The translations under genes were made by a program, and so were the position numbers. Positions 1-10,794 of a DNA stretch of 28,573 bases are shown here, piece after piece. The notes beneath the pieces were generated by a model, which worked only from the letters and a program-made list of their open reading frames with translations, was not told where the DNA came from and did not search any database. The stretch comes from Macrostomum lignano (Eukaryota). The first letter of the stretch is position 1. Each line of letters opens with the position of its first letter. The stretch lies in contig NIVC01001812.1 of the NCBI GenBank assembly GCA_002269645.1, positions 1 to 28,573 on the forward strand, in the 5' to 3' direction.

Positions 1-138
1 TGGCAATCTATTCCATATCTACCGGCAATCTATCCCATATCTACCGGCAATCTATTCCATATCTATCGACAATTTATTCCAAATCTACCGGCAATCTACC
101 CCATATCTACCGGCAATCTACTCCATATCTACCGGCAG
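1..138. repeat. 22-bp minisatellite (CTACCGGCAATCTATCCCATAT) ending at the splice acceptor
   Basis: About 6 degenerate tandem copies, truncated by the window edge. Confidence 0.9.
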
Positions 139-710
139 GTGGATCCAAATAACGGCACAGTCTACCAGACTGCCCCAATAAACGCGGCCTCAACCCGAGA
201 TCAGTCTGAGAGTTCGAGCCAGGGACTTCGGCAGCCCGTTGCGCATGGAAGACACTGCCCGGGTTCGAATCCGTCTAGTTGACGTGAACGATCACAGTCC
301 GCTAATCTCGGTGATCAGCTCGGGCCAGGCGCGTCTGATCGAAGGTCAGGACAACTCGAACTTCGCTTCTATCAGCGCCATCGACTCTGATCTCGGCGAG
401 TTTGGCGCGTGGCTTGCGCAGTGGACTCGGAATCTGCGAACCGATTTCAACTGCAGCCAATCTCCAAAGACGCCAGGTTCCAGCAGTTATCCGTGTCCAC
501 CAAGCCCGGGCTGGTGTACGATCGCGAGGTTCAAGCCAGCGACACTGTTGGCATCATCTGCTGGGATCACGGTGAACCTGCTAGAACCTCAAGCCTGACT
601 CTCACTGTGTCCATCGTGGATGTGAATGAATTCCCGCCTGTGTTTAACGACACTGTTGTGTACAACTTCCGGGTGGCGGAGAATCGCAGCGCAGGGAGCG
701 CGTGGGAAAG
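139..710 (+). CDS. Protocadherin internal exon A (end of one cadherin repeat, one full repeat, start of the next); three apparent frameshifts
   Basis: Acceptor ggcAG at 137-138, donor aag|GTGAGT at 711. Joining frames gives VDPNNGTVYQTAPIN..ISLRVRARDFGSPLRMEDTARVRIRLVDVNDHSP..AIDSDLGEFG(R)VACAV..YDRE..ICWDHGEPARTSSLTLTVSIVDVNEFPPVF..VAEN, i.e. canonical DxNDxxP, DxD, DRE and PEN-type motifs. Frame changes are needed near 181-190, 407 and 697. Confidence 0.9.
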
Positions 711-1280
711 GTGAGTGTCTGTAGATCTGTGAGTGTCTATAGATCTGTGAGTGTCTATAGATCTGTGAGTGTCTGTAGATCTGTGAGTGTCTATAGATCT
801 GTGAGTGTCTGTAGATCTGTGAGTGTCTGTAGATCTATGAATGTCTATACGAGTAGATCTGAGTGTCTGTAGATGTCTAAGTGTCTGTAGATCTGGGTGT
901 CTGTAGATCTGGGTGTCTGTAGATCTGAGTGTCTGTAGATCTGAGTGTCTGTAGATCTGGGTGTCTGTAGATCTGGGTGTCTGTAGATCTGAGTATGACA
1001 AAGGATTACAAAGCAAGCTAGTTTTATAGAAAATAGAATCTAAAGAGCTAAGAGTCTGTAGATCTGAGTGTTTGTAGATCTGGGTGTCTGTAGATCTGAG
1101 TGTCTGTAGATCTGAGTGTCTGTAGATCTGAGCGTCTGTAGATCTGAGTGTCTGTAGATGTCTAAGTTTCTGTAGATCTATGAGTGTCTGTAGATCTATG
1201 AGTGTCTGTAAATCTATGAGTGTCTGTAGATCTATCAGTATAGATCTCTGAGTGTAAATCCATGAGTGCCTGTAGATCTG
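711..1280. repeat. 16-18-bp minisatellite (GTGAGTGTCTGTAGATCT, then GAGTGTCTGTAGATCT)
   Basis: Tandem copies start exactly at the donor; unique interruption at ~990-1045. Confidence 0.95.
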
Positions 1281-1402
1281 TAGTTGTTTGTCTATAGATA
1301 TAATAGTTGCAGAGAACAGTAAATGCATAAGTACTGGTCTTAGACATTTTCTATCTATTTCCTGTGCCACAGGGTGAACAATTGAAATCCCCAACCTCGC
1401 AG

Positions 1403-1822
1403 ATGACGGCCACCGATCGCGACGCCACCGCTGAGATCGAGTACAGCATCTCTGACGAGGGCACGGCGCTCGGCTGTTTCTCCATCAATTCCAGCACTGG
1501 TCTGATTGTCACTAAGCGTCGCTTGGATCGCGAAGACCCCGTGTTGGCGCTTTCCGGCCGGCCAATTTACGTCATCACTATTCAAGCGTTCGACGGCAAA
1601 TACTCGGCCACGGCCAGGGTGAACATCCGTGTCATTGACGTCAACGACAACCCGCCGCTGTTAGAGGAGGCATCGGCCAGCATGTCGGTCAATGAGTCGT
1701 TTGGCGGCGACCGAGTTAACGACAAGTTTATTGGCCAGCTGACTTATAGCGACGCTGACGAGTCTGACAGCGTCAACTCTCGAGCCAGCTTCAGCCTGGT
1801 GCACACGCTGCGGTCGGCGCAG
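1403..1822 (+). CDS. Protocadherin internal exon B (cadherin repeats), 420 nt, phase 0/0
   Basis: Acceptor ccccaacctcgcAG at 1401-1402 gives (GK)|MTATDRD..FSINSSTGLIVTKRRLDRED..IQAFDG..VIDVNDNPP..YSDADE..RSAQ. Donor cag|GTTTG at 1823. Confidence 0.9.
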
Positions 1823-1842
1823 GTTTGTAGACTCGATAGACC

Positions 1843-2297
1843 TATCTGAGATCTATCGTATGTCTATCTGAGATCTATCGTATGTCTATCTGAGATCTAT
1901 CGTATGTCTATCTGAGATCTATCGTATGTCTATCTGAGATCTATCGTATGTCTATCTAGATCTATCGTATGTCTATCTGAGATCTATCGTATATCTATCT
2001 GAGATCTATCGTATGTCTATCTGAGATCTATCGTATGTCTATCTGAGATCTATCGTATGTCTATGTGAGATCTATCGTATGTCTATCTGAGATCTATCGT
2101 ATGTCTATGTGAGATCTATCGAATGTCTATCTGATATCTATCGCATATTTATCTGAGATCTATAGCATGTCTATCTGAGATCTATCGCATATTTATCTGA
2201 GATCTATAGCTTATCTATCTGAGATCTATAGCATATCTATCTGAGATCTATAGCATGTCTATCTGAGATCTATAGCATGCCTATCTGAGATCTATCT
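1843..2297. repeat. 22-bp minisatellite (TATCTGAGATCTATCGTATGTC)
   Basis: About 20 tandem copies filling almost the whole intron. Confidence 0.95.
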
Positions 2298-2315
2298 ACC
2301 TCATCAACCCTGCAG

Positions 2316-3196
2316 GAGCTTCGCTTCAGCGTCTCCCCTGACGGTCACGTGACCGCAAGCGGCATCCTTGACCGGGAGGCTTCTCAGCGACACCTGCTGG
2401 TTGTCCGCCTCACCGACCACGGCACCCCGGCGCTCTCCTCAACAGCCACGGCGGTCGTGCGCCTGCAAGATCTGAACGACAATCCGCCTAGGATCTGGTC
2501 GCCAAGGCCGCATCAGCAGCTGAACCTTACCGAGGACAGCCCGCCTGGGGTCAGCTTCGCCGAGGTCAACGTCACCGACGCGGATGCCGAGTGCGAGCGT
2601 CGATCTTCGCTCGACTGTCTGCGCTCCGGCGGCCTGCAGCTGCGGCTGGAGCGCCAGGCGGCCGCCCTGTTCAGCGTGAACTCCAGCACTGGCCAGCTGA
2701 TGGTGGCGAACCCGCTGACCCAGGGCCTGCACCGGCTGAACCTCAGCGTCACGACCGCGGCTACCCGAAGCCGCTGACCAGCTGGGTGGAGTTCAGCATC
2801 CGGGTTAGTCAACGAACTGACCGAGGCAACCATCTGCTTGGCGGCTTGTTTGGCTCGGCGAACAACTGGACGGTGCTGCTGGTGATCGTGGTGGCATCCA
2901 GCTTCATCACGGTGATCCTGGTGGTGGCCATTGTGCTGCTGAATCGTCGGCAGCCTTGCTGTCTGGCCAGCGGCGGCAGCTCCAGCTCCAGCGACGACCC
3001 AGACGGAGGCGCAGGCGGCGACATCGTAGGCGGTCTGGGCGACAAGGACCCTCCAGACTATCAGATGGAGTTCATGATGGAGGGCACTTTGAGATCGCAG
3101 CAGCAGCAGCAGCATCGGTATCCGCCGCCGCCGCCTCCGCCGCCTTTGTCGCCGATGAACCCGATGTACGGCCAGCATGGGATGCGGCGGGACCAG
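2316..3196 (+). CDS. Protocadherin exon C: last two cadherin repeats, transmembrane helix and proximal cytoplasmic tail; one apparent frameshift
   Basis: Acceptor ccctgcAG at 2314-2315. Reads ELRFSVSPDGHVTASGILDRE..LTDHGTPALSS..LQDLNDNPP..TEDSPPG..VTDAD; one base missing at ~2752 restores VT-DRGYPKPLTS. TM helix WTVLLVIVVASSFITVILVVAIVLL (~2867-2941), then NRRQPCC and a poly-P tail. Donor cag|GTGAGT at 3197. Confidence 0.9.
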
Positions 3197-3289
3197 GTGA
3201 GTGGATAATGACTTTGTGCTTTGGTTTGGTGTGGAGTTGATTAAAAGAAATATCATTTTATTGGGATAGGAATAAAAATTGGATTATTT

Positions 3290-3650
3290 TAAGATTTGGG
3301 GATTATTTGAGAATTAGAGGGATTATTTAAGGATTAGCGGGATTCCTTGAGGATTAGAGGGATTATCTGAGGATTAGCGGGATTCTTTGAGGATTAGAGG
3401 AATTATTTGAGGATTAGAGGGATTACTTAAGGATTAGAGGGATTACTTAAGGATTAGAGGGATTATTTAAGGATTAGCAGTATTCTTTGAGGATTAGAGG
3501 GATTAATCTGAGGATTAGAGGGATTATTTGAGGATTAGAGGGATTATTTGAGGATTAGAAGGATTACTTAAGGATTAGCCGGATTCTTTGAGGATTAGAG
3601 GGATTACTTAAGGATTAGCGGGATTCTTTGAGGATTAGAGGGATTTTTTA
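3290..3650. repeat. 20-bp minisatellite (GGATTAGAGGGATTATTTGA)
   Basis: Clear 20-bp period, e.g. at 3361-3420. Confidence 0.9.
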
Positions 3651-4199
3651 GGACAAAATATGGGATCATTATAAACAGAGACTTTTATAGGCCCGTGGAT
3701 TAATATCAAATTTTGGGATCAATAATATTCTAGACTTGATGCAGCAACAAAGAACGTTTGAGGCGTGTCATCCCAGGTCATCTGCGTGCAGCTAAAAGAT
3801 TAAAGTTGCAATTTGTGCGTTGCCTTGAATCCTGCACGGGTGACGGGGTGAAATCAAAGGGGCCTAATGGACCTTCATCTCAGTGCTAGAGGTGCTACAG
3901 AGCTCTAGTGAATCTGTGAACTTGGGCGCCATCACTTTCCATCGGGCTTTCACTTGCAGCCTTCCCCGCTCATCCCATCCCCGCCTCATCGCATCAGCGG
4001 AAGCTGAATTTAAGAGAGTAAGCTAAAAGCTATTCAGTTTTAAAAGCTGCGAAAAAAATTTCTCACCAGCAAACTCAACTCCCAGTTTCTTTTCCTTCAT
4101 CCTTGCTCTGGGCCTGCGCTCCCCAATTTATCCCCAAGTGTTAAGTGTCTATTATTTATCAGGGATAAACTATTGTATGTGGCGGAATCAAAGTTCACG

Positions 4200-4323
4200 A
4201 ATTAATCAGTCAATCAATCAATCAATTAGTCAATTAATCAGTCACTCAATCAATCAATCAATCAGTCAATTATTCAGTCAGTCAGTCAATAAATCAATGA
4301 ATCAATCAGTCAATGAATGAATG

Positions 4324-4384
<61 letters not shown>

Positions 4385-4480
4385 GTCAATCAATCAATGA
4401 ATCAATCAGTCAATCAATCAGTCAGTCAGTCAATCAGTCAATAACTCAAACAATAAATAAATCAATCAATCAATCATCCA
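4200..4480. repeat. (AATC)n/(AGTC)n microsatellite
   Basis: Degenerate tetranucleotide array. Confidence 0.9.
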
Positions 4481-5064
4481 TCAAGGGGGAAATCAGTCGC
4501 TCACACAATCAGTCTATCGATTGATCAACCTATCGATCAGTTCATTAATCAACCCACCAATAAACCAATCAATCAATTGAATCTGTCAGATCGTATTTGA
4601 ACTCCTAAAATCCTAGGAATTATATTTTACCAGCGGGAACTCAGGTATTTAAAGCTTCCAACTCCATTTAGTTGAGTCAAACATGGGCCATGGATGAACG
4701 CTAAGTAAAAGCAGAAGAGAGACGACAAGACTTGGTTTGTAATTTGCCATCAAAGCAAGATTTAGGCGAATGAACGCGTGAAACAGGATGGGGCTGCCTG
4801 ACTAGAGGGCACGCACGCCACGTGGACCCGGGGAAACAAAAGAGTAGACACGTGAACCAAGCCGGCGCTGTTTTATGCTTTAATCAAAAGAAACAACAGA
4901 AAACAGACCCAGAGCAGCAGCTTATCAACTGTTTTTTCTTTTCATTGTTTTCTATGCAGTTGAGAAACATGGAAAAACTACAATGAAAAAAAAATTAAAG
5001 CATAAAGCATGCATAAGGGAGTTTGCTTCTGGCCTGACAGTCATTTTTCAGATGCATTCATTCA

Positions 5065-5420
5065 AACTCCAGATCCCTAATCCTTGATCCCATATCCCAG
5101 ATCCTAGATCCCAGATCCCGATCCCCGATCCCAGATCCCCGATCCCAGATCCCCGATCCCAGATCCCCGATCCTAGATCCCAGATCCTAAATCCCAGAAA
5201 CCGGATCCCAAATTCCAGATCCCCCATCCCCATCCCAGATCCCAGATCCTAAATCCCAGATCCCCGATCCCAGATTCCAGATCCCCGATCCCCGATCCCC
5301 GATCCCCGATCCCAGATCCCCGATCCCAGATCCCCGATCCCAGATCCCAGATCCCCGATCCCAGATCCCCGATCCCCGATCCCCGATTCCAGATCCCAGA
5401 TCCCCAATCCCAGACCCAAT
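5065..5420. repeat. Heptamer-family array (CCAGATC/CCCGATC)
   Basis: 6-7-bp units GATCCC(A/C). Confidence 0.9.
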
Positions 5421-6019
5421 CCAGAATCAGGCTTGATTTAGAAGTCCATGACTAGCTTATACCCGTCTTCCCCGCTTTGAGCACACTATAGGATTAGTAT
5501 TGAGCTAATCGCCCAGTCATCCCAGCATCCTATTGCGCACATCCGCAACTGTAACTGTTGCTCAATTGCTGATAATCAATCAAGGCAATATAAAATGCAA
5601 TAAAAAGCAGTTTGAAGTGGAAATAAGTTAGGAGTTTAGCTGCACGGTGGGATGGGTGTTATTCCGGACTTTTCTCTCTGTCTCCCCCCCCCCCAAATCC
5701 CCCTATTATTCTTGTTGATTTCCGCTAATTTTTTCCTCACGAAAAGCTATATGCCTTATAATAACCGCACACATTATTATCATTACTAATATAAGTTATT
5801 AGTAATCATATGCTAGAATATATCTGTCCGGGTCAGTGTGTGTCTATCTGAAACAACAATTGGCTTATTATTAATAAAATATGCATTACACAGATGGAGA
5901 TTTTTATCTACGCTTATGATCGCAATCTCTACCATCAGATAAGGGCTAGATAGATTCAGCTGTCTCCATGACTGTTTTAATCCCGGATTTTAGCATCCGA
6001 CCCAATATAACAGATATAC

Positions 6020-6360
6020 AGATCCCAGTCTCAGAATCTGTAATCCCAAATTTCATAATCCCAGTTCCCAATCTCGAATCCTAGATCCCGATCTCAGAAT
6101 CCCAAATCCCAGTCTCAGAATCTCAGATCCCAGTCTCAGAATCTCAGATCCCAGTCTCAGAATCCCAGATCCCAATCTCAGAATCCCATATCCCAATCTA
6201 AGAATCCCAGATCCCAATCTCAGGATCCCAGATCCCAATCTCAGAATCCCAGGTCCCAGTCTCAGAATCCCAGCTTCCACTCTCAGAATCTCAGGTCACA
6301 GTCTCGAAATCCCAGATCCCAGTCTCAGATTCCAAGATCCCAAATCTCAGATTCTCAAAT
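6020..6360. repeat. 21-bp minisatellite (CCCAGATCCCAGTCTCAGAAT), three heptamer variants per unit
   Basis: 7-aa periodicity in the minus-strand ORF 6053-6280. Confidence 0.9.
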
Positions 6361-6894
6361 CCGGATCCGAGAAATCTACTAAACATACGAGCGTAGCTAA
6401 CAAAAGAGCACAAGTTGCAAGGCACAAAAATCTATATACTGATAGCCACTGTTGCCAACATCTTAACAGATACATGTACCTCTGTATGAGTTGAACCAAA
6501 TTCCTATCATATACAGTATTGTCTTAGCTTAGCTCAGGCAGCAATACCTGCCTCTCTATCTTCTCCCCCCTGGTCCCCGCATTCCTCGGCTCCAGACATC
6601 TGGGCGCCGCGGGGTACCAGCAACCCCCTCCCCCTAAATCCCCTGCCCAGAGCTGGATGCATTTACTAGCTGGAGCTGAAGCTGGATGAATGATGAAGCT
6701 TGCTTTGCGTGCTCCGTTTGAGCAGCGCCCGCGGCTTCTTCTTTTAAGCTGTTGCTGTTTTTGTTGTTGCTGCTGTATGAACCTACTGTAATTTAAGGGA
6801 GTTAGAAGTGGTAAAGAATTGGCTGTGGGTGTCTGAGTGAAGTGGCACATTTCATTGTACCACATTTCCCAGATCTCACAGCTCAAATTTTAGC

Positions 6895-7350
6895 TCCAAT
6901 CCCCGATCCCAGATCCTATATCCTAGATCCCAGATCCCCGATTCCAGATCTCAGATCCCCGATTCCAGATCCTAGATCCCAGATCCCAGATCCTAGATCC
7001 CAGATCCTAGATCCCAGATCCTAGATCCCAGATCCTAGATCCCAGATCCTAGATCCCAGATCCTAGATCCCAGATCCTAGATCCCAGATCCTAGATCCCA
7101 GATCCTAGATCCCAGATCCTAGATCCCAGATCCTAGATCCCAGATCCTAGATCCCAGATCCTAGATCCCAGATCCTAGATCCCAGATCCTAGATCCCAGA
7201 TCCTAGATCCCAGATCCTAGATCCCAGATCCTAGATCCCAGATCCTAGATCCCAGATCCCCGATCCCCAATCTCATACTAGATCTTATATTCTCAATCCC
7301 GCGGATTCTAGCCTCCTTATTCCAGATCCTCATATCTCAGATCCCAGATA
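6895..7350. repeat. 14-bp array (CCCAGATCCTAGAT), near-perfect core at ~6990-7255
   Basis: Dimer of heptamers, homogeneous centre with degenerate edges. Confidence 0.95.
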
Positions 7351-8244
7351 TAAGTGTATCGAAGTCTAGAGGCATTAGTATAGTTAAGAAGTTTAGAGAT
7401 AGCTTGATAGCTCTAGAGAGCAGAGATGACAATAGGTAAATAGACAATCGATCAGAGAACTGCAACCTAGTCGCTTATATGAAGCTGCTAAACGGACTCA
7501 AGGTGAGCTGTCAGTTCACGTTCACAGCTTCCTGCGTCAGAGCGGCTAGATGGTACTGGCATATATTATAAGCAGAGGGTTAATACAGTGATAGATAGCT
7601 TGGATGGAAGGCCTACAGCTCATCCTCAAAGAATGGATGGATGAACTCCAAGTGATTGTCTGTCCGCGTGTGTGTGCGTGAGAGAAGCGCACAGAGAGAA
7701 ATCGCCACAGGGTGTGAGAACTGAGTGAGTTCTTCCTTCCTTCCTTCCTGTCTTGAGTAGCTGCCAACCTTTGGTAGTCATCCTATTCGCTCTCTTCGCT
7801 CCCCTTTTACCCACCCCCCCCTCCAGCAAAGCTACTACTTTGTGTCCCAACCACAAACTGCATTTGAGGTGCTGGAGGGACCCAGGAGAGCCAGAGGTGC
7901 CAGTCTGCTCATCTGGGGTGAAAGTGCCACTTCAGTATACAATGCTGGATAGAATTCATTCATTAGTGGCAGCGGGAGGGCCAGAGAGAGAGAAGACAAC
8001 TAACGCATGCAAATAAATTCTTACTGATGATTGGGAATGCTATGCAAATCATTATCACACTGCATGCAAGTTGCCGCTAGTAGTATGTGTTAATGAATGA
8101 AATTTCTTTTGGGGTGGGAGATTCTTGATCTCGTTTTTAGTTTGGGAATTGGAATTCTTCTTTTTTAAGACTGCAGTTTTTCTATACATATCGTCTATTG
8201 ACAGGGAAAGTATTAAAAGTGGGATCAGGTCCACAATCCTTAAA

Positions 8245-8490
8245 TCCCTGACCCCCGATCCTGATTTCCGATTCTTAATCCAATCCCAGATCCAGATCCC
8301 GATCCCAGATCCCCGATCCCTAATTTCCCGATTTCAGATCCCATACCTTGTTGCTAGACCCTATATTAAGATCTTAGATCCCAGATTTCAGATCCTAGAT
8401 CCCACATCTCAGATTCTAGATCCCAGATCTCATCCCACATCTCAGATTCTAAATCTCATATCTCAGATCCCATATCTCAGATCCCAGTTA
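8245..8490. repeat. Degenerate CCAGATC/CTCAGAT heptamer array upstream of exon D
   Basis: Repeated atcccagat, atctcagat. Confidence 0.8.
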
Positions 8491-8593
8491 AAAAATTGCT
8501 CCTGATGTATAATTATCTCACGAGTCACAGGAATAAAAGTGATTGCAACTCGAATTTTTCACCTAAGAACCTTTGTCATTGCTTTTCAACCAG

Positions 8594-8732
8594 AACGGCA
8601 GTGGCTATCATCCGCTGCCCTATGGCGCTGCCCTGTTGCCATGGCAACTGGGGGCCGGCGGCGACTACGACGTGGCCTCGGCTGACTCGGGGCACGGCGC
8701 CAGCGAAGAAGAGATTCACGGAGAGCAGAGAG
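8594..8732 (+). CDS. Protocadherin cytoplasmic exon D with CM1-like motif (139 nt, phase 0 in, phase 1 out)
   Basis: Acceptor ttttcaaccAG at 8592-8593, donor ag|GTGAG at 8733. Encodes NGSGYHPLPYGAALLPWQLGAGGDYDVASADSGHGASEEEIHGEQR. DSGHGASEE resembles the DSG(H/R/K)GDS(D/E) motif of delta-protocadherin tails. Phase matches exon C. Confidence 0.8.
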
Positions 8733-8744
8733 GTGAGCACCGCT

Positions 8745-9180
8745 GGGAGATTTGAGAATCTGAGATATGGGATTTTGGATCTGGGATCTGGGATATATGG
8801 AATCTGGGATCAGTGATATGGGACTTGAAATCTGGGATATGGGATCTGGAATATGGGATTTGGGATCTGGGATCTGAGCGATAAATAGGATCTGAGATCC
8901 GGGATCCGGGATCTGGGATCTGATATATGGGATTTGGGATCTGGGATAAATGGGATCTGGGATCTGAGAGATAAATGGGATCTGGGATCTGAGATCTGGG
9001 ATCCGGGATCTGAGATCCGGGATCTGGGATCTGAGATCTGGGATCTGAGATCTGAGATCTGAGATCTGGGATCCGGGATCTGGGATCTGGGATCTGGGAT
9101 CTGGGATCTGGGATCTGGGATCTGAGATATATGGGATTTGAGATTTGATATCAGGGATTGAGGATCGAAGATCTGGGATG
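8745..9180. repeat. GATCTGG/GATCTGA heptamer array (reverse orientation of the upstream arrays)
   Basis: Runs such as GGATCTGGGATCTGGGATCTGG at 9075-9125. Confidence 0.9.
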
Positions 9181-9654
9181 GAGTACATTTCTGTAAGAAG
9201 AGTCTCACTAGCCAAGGTAAAGAAAATGTTCAATAGATTTCCACCGAACTGCAGTCTTCCGGGGGCCTCTGGCTCCCAGTTTGTCAACCGGCCAGAATGA
9301 ACTCAGGGAGAAGTCTACTGCTAAGCAAACTCAAACACCATTTCCCACTGCCACTACCAGAGGCGCCCCTCCCCAAAAGCTTTGGGGAAGAATTTTGAAT
9401 AGAATATTCTCAAAGCATGTTGACGCTTGCTAGCAGTCAGCTCCAGGGCTTGTGTCACTGTCCTTCGCTGCTGCAGTCTTCTGTCAACAGAATTAGCATC
9501 GACTCAAAATTTTATAGAGCAGCCCAGTGCTGACCGACTTTCTTGCAGTTACTCTGCATAAGCCCGATATTGTCCGGCGGATCAATCAATCAGTCACTCA
9601 GTTAACTTGCCCTGCTGGATTATTATTGAAGCATTTCAAAGGCCTTCAAAACAG

Positions 9655-10145
9655 ACCATCTTTCTGCCTTTTCACACCCTTCATCCGCCTCTTCACACCC
9701 TCCATCTGCTTCTTCACATCCTCCATCCACCTTTTTCACGCCCTCCATCCGCCTTTTCACCCCCTCTATCAGCCTCTTCACACCCTCCATCTGCTTCTTC
9801 ACATCCTCCATCCACCTTTTTTACACCCTTCATCCAGCTTCTCACACCCTCTATCAGCCGCTTCACACCCTCCATCCGCTTCTTCACATCCTCCATCCGC
9901 CTTTTCACACCCTCCATCAGCCTTTTCACACCCTCCATCAGCCTTTTCACATCCTCCATCAGCCTTTTCACAACCCTCCATCTGCCTTTTCACAACCCTC
10001 CATCTGCCTTTTCACACCCTCTATCAGCCTCTTCACAACCCTTCATCAGCCTTTTCACACCCTTCATTTGCTTTTGCACACCCTTCATCAGCCTTTTCAC
10101 ACCCTCTACCAGCCTCTTCACAACCCTCCATCAGCCTTTTCACAC
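9655..10145. repeat. 21-22-bp C-rich minisatellite (TTTTCACACCCTCCATCAGCC)
   Basis: 7-aa periodic ORFs on both strands. Confidence 0.9.
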
Positions 10146-10794
10146 CGTTAATCTCGCTTTCATACCCTTAGTTTGCCTTTTTCACAACCCCATTACCTTT
10201 TACATCTCCCTAGAACAGATAGAAAAAGATGACATGCTTATATAGAGCAGTAGTAAACTTCATTAAAAAATCATAATCAGTGTTATTAATATTTTTCTTT
10301 GACCTTAAGCTACACGAAGAGTCAAAGAGTCAATCATAAAAAATGGTTTCGGATGAACTTTAGGACTAGTTTTCAATAAATTTACTGTGGCAAGAAAGCA
10401 TTGATAATCAAATACAGTTTCAAATTTCTAACACTGCTTCTGACAAGCAGATCTGCACTGCCATGCGAGGGCATTGTTTTCTTTTTAAAAAGGAGAAAGC
10501 AACTTTTGCAGCAGCAACTTGCAGGGGAAATGGAAACTCGGAAAAAAGGAGAGAAAAGAGCGAACGGGTCAGTTGTTAATGCGACATCAGTTCGGCCAGC
10601 CATAAGTCTTGAATTTGGTGTCAACTGACAGCCAGTGCTTTCGGTTTGGTTGGCCTTTTCGGCTTGCCAGCGAGAAAGACGACTAATGCCAAGATTGAAA
10701 GCAGATTTGTCAGCTATGCATTCGCCAGGTCTGCAGCTGATGGGGCAGTTTGTGTTCCATAGTAGCGTGCGGTGGTTACAGGCTTCACAACGGA

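Noticed and set aside
1364-1402. Upstream acceptor at 1371-1372 extending exon B by GEQLKSPTSQ
   Set aside because: It is in frame and cannot be excluded, but the 1402 acceptor gives the normal cadherin spacing (VGK-MTATDRD).
4815-4856. Two CACGTG E-boxes in the intron
   Set aside because: Short motifs expected by chance; no supporting evidence.
7753-8016. Signal-peptide-like 87-aa ORF
   Set aside because: It starts at TTG, not ATG, and the hydrophobic stretch is simply a polypyrimidine tract.
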